Assembly (NCBI GenBank): GCA_001949185.1
Contig: BDGG01000001.1
Location: 3,303,324 to 3,367,323, forward strand
Source of the DNA: Ramazzottius varieornatus
Taxonomy: Eukaryota > Animalia > Tardigrada
Direction: 5' to 3'
DNA length: 64,000 nt
Part shown: positions 26,690 to 37,722 of the stretch, one piece after another
Position numbering within the stretch: position 1 is the first letter of the stretch
How the letters are laid out: the number at the start of each line of letters is the position of its first letter
Program-made: the position numbers and the translations under genes
Notes under the pieces: model-generated
What the model was told of the DNA's origin: nothing
The model's database searches: none
The model's input: only the letters and a program-made list of their open reading frames with translations

Positions 26690-27074
26690 CTCCCGTGCGC
26701 CCATTCAACACGCAGCACGTTTATGGGCCAACCCGAACCAATCCATGCTCATGACGACAGGTCGACGTAATTCACACCCTATGTCTGGAACAATTGATTG
26801 ACTGGTTTTTGACTGAATTGTAACGTCATCAGCGGCGATGCGTTGATTGGTCGAAGATATCAGAAAGAAACACTAAGCAGAGAGAAAACGAGGCGAGTGG
26901 TCGATGACTAAATGCTGTGCTCCCCGCCCTGTCCTTCCTTGCTGTGTTAGAAAATCGGGCTGTCGAAAATTCAGTCGTCGAATTCACTGCTCCAGCCTCC
27001 AGGAATTTCCTGTCGTCTTTTGAACTCCAACCAGACTTTCTGTGGACGGCGCATCATCGACTCCTCAGCCCATC

Positions 27075-30000
27075 ATGTCGCCTGCAGTCAAGACAGACCT
27101 TGCCGAGACGGAGCAAGAGCCGAACGGGGACAGTGGCAAGAAGAAACAGGTAAGAGTCGGAGTCACCGTGAGACGAAGCCCGTTGCTGGATTCGATTCGT
27201 ACTCAACTTCCGGTTGCCTTTATCCGATAGAATGGTTCCTCAAAGAAACGTCCAGTGGAAGAAGCTGAGGGTTCACCACGAAGCAGCGCGAGCAGCAGCA
27301 GTAGTCTCAGCGATCCACAGGCTGAAACATCGAGTGAGCCGGAACTGAACAAGCGTAGAAAGTCAGCTCAACCTCACAAGGCTGTCGTCGATGGCCAGAA
27401 CGAAACTCCCGATGAGAAGCCAGATATTCCAGAACTGAGGTGGGTGCGATTTTATGTGTGCAAAAGTTTGGGGAAGTACGATCTTTTGAATATCTTTATG
27501 CCTTCAAACAAAACACTTTTTCGAATTTTGAGTTATCCAGAGGGAAAGCTGAAAGGCTTTGGGACAATCAGAAATTTTCTGCTTTGGATTAGCAGCTCCA
27601 GATTTGTAATTATTCTTTTTTTGATTTATATGGTATTGATTTTACGAAGGTGATCACTGTTGCGTTATACCTGCAGGCTGAAATAGTGTGTGTGTGTGTG
27701 TGTGTGTTGGTGGTTTAATGTTTCGCACAAGTTTGATATGTTACTTGATGAGCAAAGTCTGGGTGAGTACTTTGTACGGAGACCGGAAGTTGCAACGGTC
27801 GACAACAGCAGCTGCAGCGACATGCATTTCCGTCTTAACATTCGCCAACGTTTTCCGTATAACCGAGCACTCATTTATGCCACTTTTGCAGGGCAACGTT
27901 ACCGCCACTACAGCCACGCACCAATGCATCGCCTCCAAGCACAGCCAACAAAGGACTGACGTCGATGGCGGCCTCAAACGGAAGCGGAAGTGAAGAAGCC
28001 TACCATCATCACTTCGACCTCGAGGTAAACTTGGATGAGCCAGTTTCAAATCTCGTCAAGGTGATTCAGCGCTCTCTCAACTTCGACCTGGCCCAAGCCA
28101 CCATCCTCCTCTGCGGACTCCAAAAGGTACGCATCCAATTTGAAATTCCTTAAAAATTAATTACCATGACAAAACGAACCGAGAGGCTACCTGAAAGAAA
28201 CCAATAGGAGGTTCGTGCGCAGAAAGGAAGTGAAGGTTTGGTCACGAGCTTCCGCCTTTCTACTAACCCCCACCCGGAACTTGAGTGGTAATTACTCATC
28301 GGAATAGGATTAGTTCCGTCGAAAGATGGCTGTGATAGTGAGAGGGAGAGGGAAAGAATGGCCATTGTCCTTCCGCTTTCCTCTCTTTCCATCGCTTCCT
28401 TCCTTGTTTCCGTCTTTCAGGCCATATCCGTTTCGAAGGATATCAAGTGAGCGGATATGGCTAAAGGAAGTGAGGGGAAGGGAGGAAGAAGAGGCCATTG
28501 TTTGGTCAGTGGGCGCTGCAGCAGGAAAGAGCGCTTCTCCAGTCCACAGTGCGATACCGGTCAGTTGCCGAGGCTAGCTGTGAGTGACATCCGGTTGGTC
28601 GACCTAGAGAGACTATTTCCGTTCTGTCTCTACTACCGGTGCTTTGCTTTGCTTACTCAGCAGCCAGCGACTGTTGAGCTGAGCTGGCTTTGCTGCTACA
28701 ACTGTCGCCGATGTGCGGCCCGGAATTAACGATTTTGGCCTCGTTTCCGCATTGTGCATTTTGCTTTCTAGCTGTCCACAGGTGGGTGCTCACCGGCAGT
28801 TGCTCACTATAACCTGTGGACAGTCACACGCTAAAATTACAAACCAAAGAAGTCCGCCAGAATTCACAAAGGAAGCACGATACCGAACAATACAAATTCA
28901 TCCTTAAAGATTGCTTTCGACTTCAAACTGTAAAAATAAAGCATCAATCAACGGAAAGCGGACCTTTTAATAGTCTAATAGTATCTAATCTTGCAGATCA
29001 CGAATTTTAAAAGAACTTTCTTCTGTAGTTGACGCGCGACATGTGTTTGAAAGACTGTACCAAAGACGGTTCGAGTGGAATGGCCAAAGTTAAACTGGTG
29101 GCGACCAACAACCCGAAGGATAAGCCCGTCATCAACATCGTCGATGTTCTTCAGCCACTTGCAGAAAAGTCTTTAGCCATCAAACGGGAACGCACTCCGT
29201 CGCCAGACACTCCTTCTGCTCCTGTTTCGCCCACGATCGAGCTTCAGAAAAGCAAAATTCGATCACGATGTAAGTGGTCATACAAGACGTGTCACAATCA
29301 AAAACGTATCACGTAGTTTGACTGCTTGCTCTTTGGTACTGAACAACGGGTCTTCGCAGCAACGAAAAAGCGCGGAATATCTTATCCTCGTCCAACCGCG
29401 AAAGGAATCACCAAGCCTCAAGAAAGCCCAGATGGTACCGAATGGGACACTCCTCAAGCTGGTAAGAAGTAATGTCAAGTCTCCCGTCCATTGTGGTGGT
29501 ACTCCCTCTTAGTGTTGCCCTTGGTCTTTTGTAGTTCCGGCAGCGAATGAAAATACACCTGCCACACTGAGACCACGAACAAAGAAGCTCTTCGCCAAAG
29601 AAACTCCAGGTAGTATTCAGCTGTGGCAGTTTCTGCTGGACCTGTTGGTGTCGGGGGAAGAACACGAGTCCATCCAGTGGTTCGGCGAACCCGGAGAATT
29701 CCGCTTGCTCAACCCCGAACGTGTGGCTGTGCTTTGGGGACAACGCAAGAAGAAGGCCAGCATGAACTACGAAAAGATGAGCCGCGCTCTCCGGTAAGAA
29801 AATCTCTCCACAACTTTCCATGGTTTCGCTGATGATTAGACTGGAAGTACCTTATGGAATCGAAATTCAATAAGTCCAGAGACTAACAGGCGGAAAACGG
29901 CCGTGCTCATTCACCGACATACAGTGTATAATGTGCCTACTGTGTTGCACGAGTATGCAGGTGTATAGCAGGTCTTCCGCCCTTTTAGAACTAACATGCG

Positions 30001-30355
30001 AAAGCTCCTCTTTACCGTTAAAGGTCAATCCGAATTTTGTTTCTATTCTAGATACTACTACGATGGGGACATTCTGGGCAAGGTTCCCGGGAAGCACTTC
30101 ACCTACAAATTTGTCTGTGATCTCAAGGAAGCCACCGGGTATTCTGCTGAGGACCTGGCGGGAGCTCGTGGAAGTTCCGGTTCCGCTTCGTGTCCCTCTT
30201 CCCCAGCTACCTCAGTCGGCCATGAGTCATTGGCTGAATCGGACGGAAGTCTCGACCTGTCCGTTCGTTCTACGGGAAAGAAGTCTCGTAAGGTTGCTTC
30301 GCTGGCCGGAGCGTTGGACCTGCGCCATATGCAAGAACGTTTGTCTAGTGCTTAG
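27075..30355 (+). CDS. GABPA: ETS transcription factor, GABP-alpha/Ets97D orthologue (OST and ETS domains)
   Basis: OST-like segment [22 protein letters not shown]...[14 protein letters not shown] domain [11 protein letters not shown]...[55 protein letters not shown], whose RYYYDGD...FVCDLK...GYSA tail is GABPA-type. Confidence 0.88.
27686..27707. repeat. (GT)11 microsatellite in GABPA intron 2
   Basis: Uninterrupted gt run read directly. Confidence 0.95.
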
Positions 30356-31410
30356 TTTACAAGTTGACCCTTAGTTAAATCTCCTTTTGAACTAATTCCT
30401 CAAGCAAGCGTCTTTTTAATATTCCTTTTTCCCTTGCTCTTTTTTTTGAAGTTTACTGATCTGTTGGTACTGCGATATACGATATACTAGCCTTACTAGC
30501 TACAGTAACTCCTTTGGAATGTGGATCTCGACCAGCGGGATTTACGGGTATTGGGCTGGTATACCGTGTACTCCCAGGCCCTTTTCGATGTTTGTTTTGG
30601 CTGCGAGTTTACACGTAATGTTTCTGTTGGACCAAACGTTGAATGGTTCTCTCCGAAATGGTGCAGTTCAATACCTTTTAGGAAAATTTATATTCCTTGA
30701 CCAGCATAATCATACCTATATTCCTGTACGAGGGGACAGTTGTTGAGTTAGCCACTATTGCGGCGGATATCGCTTGATTATCGGTTTAGGCTGTTTGACA
30801 TGGGATTTAGCCTTTCCTAGAGTTAGGCACCGCTTGAGTCTTTTAAAGCATTACCTTGATTGTAATTGATACCATTCGACAGCCCGTTGTTTTATCTGGC
30901 GCTCTATACGAAAACGTTCGGGAATGAGCCAGGTAGAGCAGACGAAGACAGGTGGCCAACTCAACAACTGAAATATGGGGTGGCAGACTCAATAACCGTT
31001 CCCTCGTAGTCACCAGAGGCATGAGTGGAAATTTACTGTTGAACGTCGAACTTTACAGTCCATCTTGCGAGTTCTGGCAGAAGATGGATCTCTAAGTGGT
31101 CAACTACGCGAAATCCGTCCGTTTCCGCATCGGCGTCGGGGAACCTGGTCTTCGTTTGCTAGTTATACGATAGCTTACGGTAAGCTCTGCACCCGCAATA
31201 TTACATCACATAAATCGTTACATTGGACATAACATACATATTACATAGTACAAAGTCAGCTGCTCGAATCTCGATAGTCGATACCTCGATCGTTCTCACT
31301 TCACGGTTTTCCCATGGCCATCCATAAGCCATAATCTCGTTCCACAAAATAATAATTTTGTTCGACCTGGATAATTTCTTCCTGGTTTAGTTCGTTGAAA
31401 GACTATCAAC

Positions 31411-31716
31411 ATGGCGTCCAAAGCAGCTACCAACTCCAGTCCGGTGGACGATATGGACAAGAGTACTGACTGTCCCCTTGCTTCTCGCCAGCGCAAAGGC
31501 GACATCAACCCCGAGGGAACTTCGATGCCCGGAAGTACTCGTACTCATTCGCCAGCAGGCAGCTCTCCTGATCCGAACCCATCCATCCCAAATCACGCCA
31601 AGTCCTCCGAATCTTCTGGAAGCAAGACCTCGGATAAAGCTGGTGCAACATCGGGCAATGCTCAAGCGGGACCTGAGATCCAGGTGGACAGTGGCTGGGT
31701 GCCAGAGGCTAAGTAA
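31411..31716 (+). CDS. Orphan 101-aa hydrophilic, low-complexity protein (S/G/P/T/D-rich)
   Basis: Start context ATCAACATGG, an acceptor just upstream (ttcctggtttag, 31390), an upstream donor (cg|gtaagc, about 31179) and AATAAA near 31898. No recognisable domain. Confidence 0.6.
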   Translation: MASKAATNSSPVDDMDKSTDCPLASRQRKGDINPEGTSMPGSTRTHSPAGSSPDPNPSIPNHAKSSESSGSKTSDKAGATSGNAQAGPEIQVDSGWVPEAK

Positions 31717-31945
31717 TGTCAGTTTCTCATTCCATTGAAGATTTCTGGTCGGTGCTTTTTATAAAATGAACGTTCAAATGCAATGCGGAATTTTATAACA
31801 CTGTCCCACAAAGTAGCGATGATTTCGCTATCATCGAACAACTGGCTACTTCGGTCAAGTTAGATTTGAGCGAAAGTAGATTAACGGCTGAACAGCAGAA
31901 TAAAACTTCAAACAGAACGCTAATATTACAGTATAAAGCGCACTA

Positions 31946-33217
31946 TTACTGGCTTAGATTGAGGAGAGTCTGCTGTCCTTGAGGTAGATAGACGACGTTT
32001 TTCGATCGCGACAGCTGATAGGCAATGTCTTCCGCAGCTTCGATCTTTCGAAGCTCAACCAGGGCCTCTCCAGCCTTCCCGAAGGCGTCAGAAAGCATCT
32101 GAGCACCAACGGAATCTCCTTCTGCCGAAATGATTGTTGCGCGCTTCTTCTGCTCCGCCTGTGATAAAATATGAAAATAGTCACTACGGTCCTTCACAAT
32201 CGTCAGGATACTAAAATAGATTTCGCACCTTCTCGACCAGGAAGCGAGCGCGTTCAGCTTCTTGCTGCGCCACAGCTTTCATCTCGACGGCTTGCGTAAA
32301 ATCTCTTCCGAATGTAAGATGAGTCTAGAATCACAAGCGCCAATGAACAAAAGACGAAAGGAGAACCGAAAGGGGAACCAAAAGGAGACACCAGAATACC
32401 TCAGGTGAGAACAAAACTTACAATAGCAATGTCGTCCAGTATGATGCCAAACATGGCAGCGCGTTCCGTAAGCTCGTCACTGACCCGTCGACTAACCACT
32501 TCTCGCTGTGTGATTAGCTCACTGGCATCAAACTGAGCCTGCAAAACACAGATACACGTCCAAGATTATCTCTCGAAACTAACACGTTGCTTGACAGTCA
32601 GACCCCAGACTCCATATATGACCGGAAGTAGCAAACTGGGATAGTAGCTATCAGTGCGAGCGAGGAAAATGTTACGAAAAACGTACCACAACAGCTTTCA
32701 GAACTTCTGTGACGATGGAAGGCAAGACTCGTTCATCGTAGTCAACACCCAGGATCTGATATAGCTTGGGAAGGTTCTCTTCGACCGGTCGGTGAAGGAT
32801 ACGGAGTGTAATGTTGACGTTTTGGAGATCTGTCAAACACGATACTTTGTTCGAATTCCGGTGTCTCTTTAAAGGCTGGCGACTTCCAAGGTACATACCT
32901 TTGCTTCCAGTGATGACGGGAACATTGCGCGGTCTGGATCGGACATCATAGATGACAGGCTTCTGAACCCAGGGGATGATGAAATGTGTGCCTTCGCCAA
33001 CGACATAATTCCTCACTCCTTGAAATCTGTCGTATATAACTGCCCGATGTCCTCCATCGACTAACAAGAACGGAGACACGTAAGATGACCGCACTTCTTT
33101 CAAGAAACTAGCTTACTCACCGTTATACAGGGCAGTTGATGCGACTCCGCCGGCGATGGCTATTCCAAGTCCCAAAGCACCCAAACGATTGAATACCTGA
33201 ACGACAGCTTGTGCCAT
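31946..33217 (-). CDS. PHB1: Prohibitin 1
   Basis: [110 protein letters not shown]. Confidence 0.96.
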
Positions 33218-34141
33218 ATTACAAACGATCTATGATCGGTAAGCCTGACACTACTACTTCCACTACTCCGCAACAACAAGGTTGAGGAAGGGATGTGAGG
33301 TTGTGAACCGTAGACAGTTTAATCTGCAAGAGAAGATCGGTGATCTAGCGAAGAATGAGGAATGAGCATTGCAAAACCTGTAAAAATCAATGTTGAGTCT
33401 GGCACCAAAGTACAGCTCGCCATACAGCACGCATTGCCTCCCCATCGCGTACGAACGATCTCTTGATTTTGTCATCTGCTTTACTCCTGCATGCAAGCGT
33501 TGCCATGTTTGGGTGGATTTCCCCATAAATTTAAATAAGATTAGTTTTATTAGAGCTATATATACAAGTGCATTTCCGCCGTTCTTTGTTGGGAACTTTG
33601 AATCTTTTGTTTTAGCTGTTTATCACGATACTTACCCGGTCTTCCAACTATCCGAAACCTTGGGATGAAGAATTCACTGGTTCTCCATAACCCCTCCGGA
33701 CTCTGTCGGATGCAACGGTTTTCGCTTTCTTGTAGGTTAAAGTCCCGCGATTTGGTCCGGCTTGTCGCCAGCATCTGTTGGTTCTTTGTCACCCTGCGGC
33801 TTCTCAAGCACCTAGAATTTCAGGTAAGCCCGTATGTAGCAGGAGGTTCTCTGCTTAAAACACAGTTAAACAACTATCTTGTACCGTTGTTATCATTCTT
33901 TACTATGCTTGTACCTGTATAGTCACAAATCACAATGCGACTTCAGGTGGGACGTCGTACTACTTGGTTCAAACTCTGGCAGAAATTCAAGAATGCTTTT
34001 TGCTGTCTTTCAGAAGGCTGTGTGGAAATGGTGCCGGGCTGTATAACCCGTTGCTTGTCGAAGTCGGTGACAAATGCTTTTGGTCGATATTCTATACCTT
34101 TGGAAGGTTCAAAGGTTGATGTGGCTGGTTCGTGTTCAACA

Positions 34142-34942
34142 GTGCGCAACGCTAAAGTGGTGAGGAGATTCACGAGCGAAGAGCTAACCGATCTACCGAC
34201 GGAACTGGAATACCAACTCGAATAGCAGGAAGACGATGGGTACGTCCGAAAAATCTTATTAGTGCGTAGATAACAGATTGGTTTGATCATAATTTTGTTT
34301 TATGTTATGTTTACAGAAGGAACAAAACTGGATGGATTCGATGGGAGGATATCGCGGCTAATTTCGACGACGAAGAGCTCGAATCGATCAAGACCTTTGG
34401 CGTACAACACAGGAAAGATTTGGAAAGCCGGCTGAAAGCGGATTGTCCTCTTCACACTCGTCTCAAGCTCGGCTTCATCAAGCGAATTATCCGCGACCCT
34501 CGGCCAAAGAATCAGAAGAAGAACCTCTTCCTGGTCGAAGTTTACATGTAAGTGTTCCGTAGATTTCTTGGCCGGTGAGAACTGCTGTTGCGAATGGTTT
34601 AAAACATGCTGGTCGCATATATACCACAGGGAGAATTCGTTCGGATTGAGCTCCGTTTTCATCGTGACCAATACTTTCCTGCGACAGGACCCGGAACACC
34701 GAAAAGCGCTGTGTCGCTTCTACGAGAGTCGGACGGAAGAGCCGGAGGGAAAGCTAATTCGCAGTGTACCTTTGGAAGACGCCGATGTCGAACAGTTCCT
34801 TGCAGGTGAACTAGGGTTTCCGGAATTGGAATACCTCCCGGTCAATAGAGAAAACTCGGACAATGGCTTTGACGATCCTGTTGCCTCTGGAGCAGAAACC
34901 GAAAGTCCTCCGTCGAAAGGCTTGAGATCAGATGGAAACTAA
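34142..34942 (+). pseudogene. Divergent HP1-like (chromo plus chromoshadow) gene with an in-frame TAG; pseudogene or recoded, 5' end unresolved
   Basis: Exons ending at 34239, 34317-34547 and 34630-34942 join in one frame: ..KVVRRF...ELEYQLE*QEDDGRNKTGWIRWEDI... then IKRIIRDP...LFLVEVYMEN...KALCRFYESR, compared with chromoshadow ERIIGA...MFLMKW...VISFYEER. Confidence 0.5.
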
Positions 34943-35266
34943 CTCACTGACCCGAACATAACGGCGCTTTATGCGTAACTTTTGGTTGAATTGTGTTCTT
35001 CTCGTTGTTCCGGGTTCTCCATGTAATATTTCAATCGCAGTATCTTGTTTATTGGGATTTTCTTATTCGGTTGTTGTTGGTCAGACACCCGAAGACTTGT
35101 CGCGGTAAAATCCCAAGTCCATCGAATAGTTCTGCAATGATGAAGATCCAAGAGTCAGCGACCGTGAATCGAATCTTTATTTTTACGGATGACCAAGCTT
35201 GATGTAAACAAAGTCTATTGCTTAGACTTTAGAATAATTGCCTGATGTTTTTGTGTGGGATGTACT

Positions 35267-35299
35267 TGACGTCACAGATGCGAGTCTTGGCTGACGTCA
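35267..35299. promoter_or_regulatory. Two perfect CRE palindromes (TGACGTCA) upstream of cyclin Y
   Basis: TGACGTCA at 35267-35274 and 35292-35299, both extended as TGACGTCACA, about 530-560 bp before the CCNY ATG. Confidence 0.55.
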
Positions 35300-35824
35300 C
35301 AAGGGAGCATGCCTTTTTGCCCTGAATGACCCCAAGTCAAAGCCTCAAAGGAGATTCATCGTCCATTGGAAAATTTGCTGTTGTTGGTCTACTGTTGATT
35401 GTCCACTCTATTTGCATTGTTTATCGCCGTTTTCGCCCAGTTTCTTGATCTTGACAAGACAGTCGTCAAAATTTTCATCACGTCTTTCTGCGACACAGTA
35501 TCATCTCACCCGTTCTTCTTTCCGAATTCGTAGCTCAAGGATCACGATGTTATCAATAGCTAAGCGTTCCGTGTGAAAGGTTTCTCCGTAGGTTGAGGGG
35601 ACAAGAAGATACCACAAGGTGAACCTTCCTCCGAAATTTTAGCAGCCTGATCCCGACAAACACGGGAGTGTACTGTGGCAGCTACAAGCAGGTATGTGAT
35701 TGCTCAGATAGCAACAACTGTAATCTAGTCTGTAAGAGTGAGAGCTTGCTGAAGTGCACATGCAATTAGTTACAGCTGCAGACTGGGGCTGGATAAAGCT
35801 TGCAAAGCTGTAGAGAAGTCCGAG

Positions 35825-37232
35825 ATGGGTAACACTTTGTCCTGCTGTATTCCACCTGGAGTATCAGAAAGCAAGACGTCCAAACGGACCCGCAGATCGG
35901 TGGAGAACGGTCTTGAGGGTTTCGACGTCCGTGATGAGCATAATGCACGGCAGGACGTGGTTATCAACAAGCATTACAGCCGAACCAACAGCCATAACTT
36001 CCATGATACAAATGGCTTTGTCCATTACCCGTCTACCAAAAATTCCGAAAGCGTCAGCAACATACAGCATATCAGTGAAAGAGAACCCGAAGATGGCATT
36101 AATGATCCTTCGATAAACCCTCGAACAGGTCCGCTTTTCATGGTAAGATCGAAGAGCGAGTTGAGGGAAGGAAGGGAAAGGAAACGGAGAAGTCAGTATA
36201 ACGGAATGGAAAATCAAGGTAAAGTATTCCGTCAGTCACAAAATCTAACTCTATTCGAACCTCTTGTGATTTTAGGTACTCCTTCGGACGTATCGGCAGC
36301 GGGTAGTGGCGGTCCTATCCGGAAATTCAATTCCTGTTCGACGATCTATGTCGATGATTCGACGGTCAGTCAGCCGAACTTACGGAACACGATCAAGTGC
36401 GTCTCGCTGGCAATCTACTACCACATCAAGAACCGAGAAGAGAGGGAAGCAAGGACCATCGATATATTCGATGAGAAGTTGCATCCTTTGAGTAAGGATG
36501 AGTTGAGTTTCGACTACGACCGCGTCGACCCCGAACATCGCCACATCTATCGATTCCTTCGGACGCTCTTCAACGCGGCGCAGCTGACGGCAGAATGCGC
36601 CATCGTCACATTGGTCTACCTTGAAAGGTACAACTGCACCGCAGTCTTTTCTGAATATGTTATGCTAACGGTCGATGTATGTGGGCAGGCTACTGACGTA
36701 TGGAGAAATGGATATTGGTCCTTCCAATTGGAAAAGAATGGTACTTGGAGCGGTACTTTTAGCCAGTAAGGTTTGGGATGACCAGGCTGTGTGGAATGTC
36801 GACTACTGTCAGATAATGCGCGATATCAAAGTCGAAGACATGAACGAACTCGAGAGGAATTTCCTCGAACTTTTACAGTTCAATATTAACGTTCCTGCCA
36901 GGTAAGAAATATTTCTCGATCACGTTGCGCGGTATGCTCGATATAATCAACTAACAAGAATTTCAAGTGGAAGTATATTTCCAAAGTCTCAATGAGGAAA
37001 TCGTTTCAGTGTTTATGCGAAGTATTACTTCGACCTACGGTCTCTGGCGGACGCGAACGATATGAGCTTTCCGTCGGAGCAGCTCAGTGTGGAGAAAGCT
37101 CAAAAGCTGGAAGCGTTGTCGCGGGACTGCGCCCAGAAGTTCTCTGATGGTGCGCCGTTGGCTGTGAAGCGTTCTTCGTCTTTGGACAAGATAGCCGGCT
37201 CAAACAGACGCAGCGTTGCGATACTTTCGTAG
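35825..37232 (+). CDS. CCNY: Cyclin Y
   Basis: MGNTLSCC lipidation start, [79 protein letters not shown]. Confidence 0.96.
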
Positions 37233-37722
37233 TTCCCAATGGTTCCTCTCACCTTTTCAATTTTTTAATCGAGCTCCAAGCTTACTGTGTTTTTATCGTA
37301 ATGTTTATTGTGATGTCTATTGCAACTTGCAAGTCTGAAGTGCCAGACAATTTTTCAGCTATAGTTCTTTTTTATCCACTGTGTTTTGCTGGCAGCGTTT
37401 AGCGTTGTGCTCCGTAAATTTTTAGTTTTATTTGTTGGAACGGCTCGCTTCTTCTGGCTTGCAAGCACTTTCCGATGTTCGGGTGACGAACCTGCCGAGT
37501 CGTTCGCAAGGTAAATTCGAGTTTTACTGTGCTCGTACTGCCTTCCACATCCGAAACGAACCAATAGATCCGAAGGCATAGCCAAAATTAACTACACGAA
37601 CGATTATAGTTTATCAAGTTGGCTAGCCAATAGATTGTTTCACAGATGATCGAAATGTATTTTTCATAGGACCATACGCGAAATATTGTACAGTATCGTA
37701 TCAGAAATCGTACGCAAAGGAC

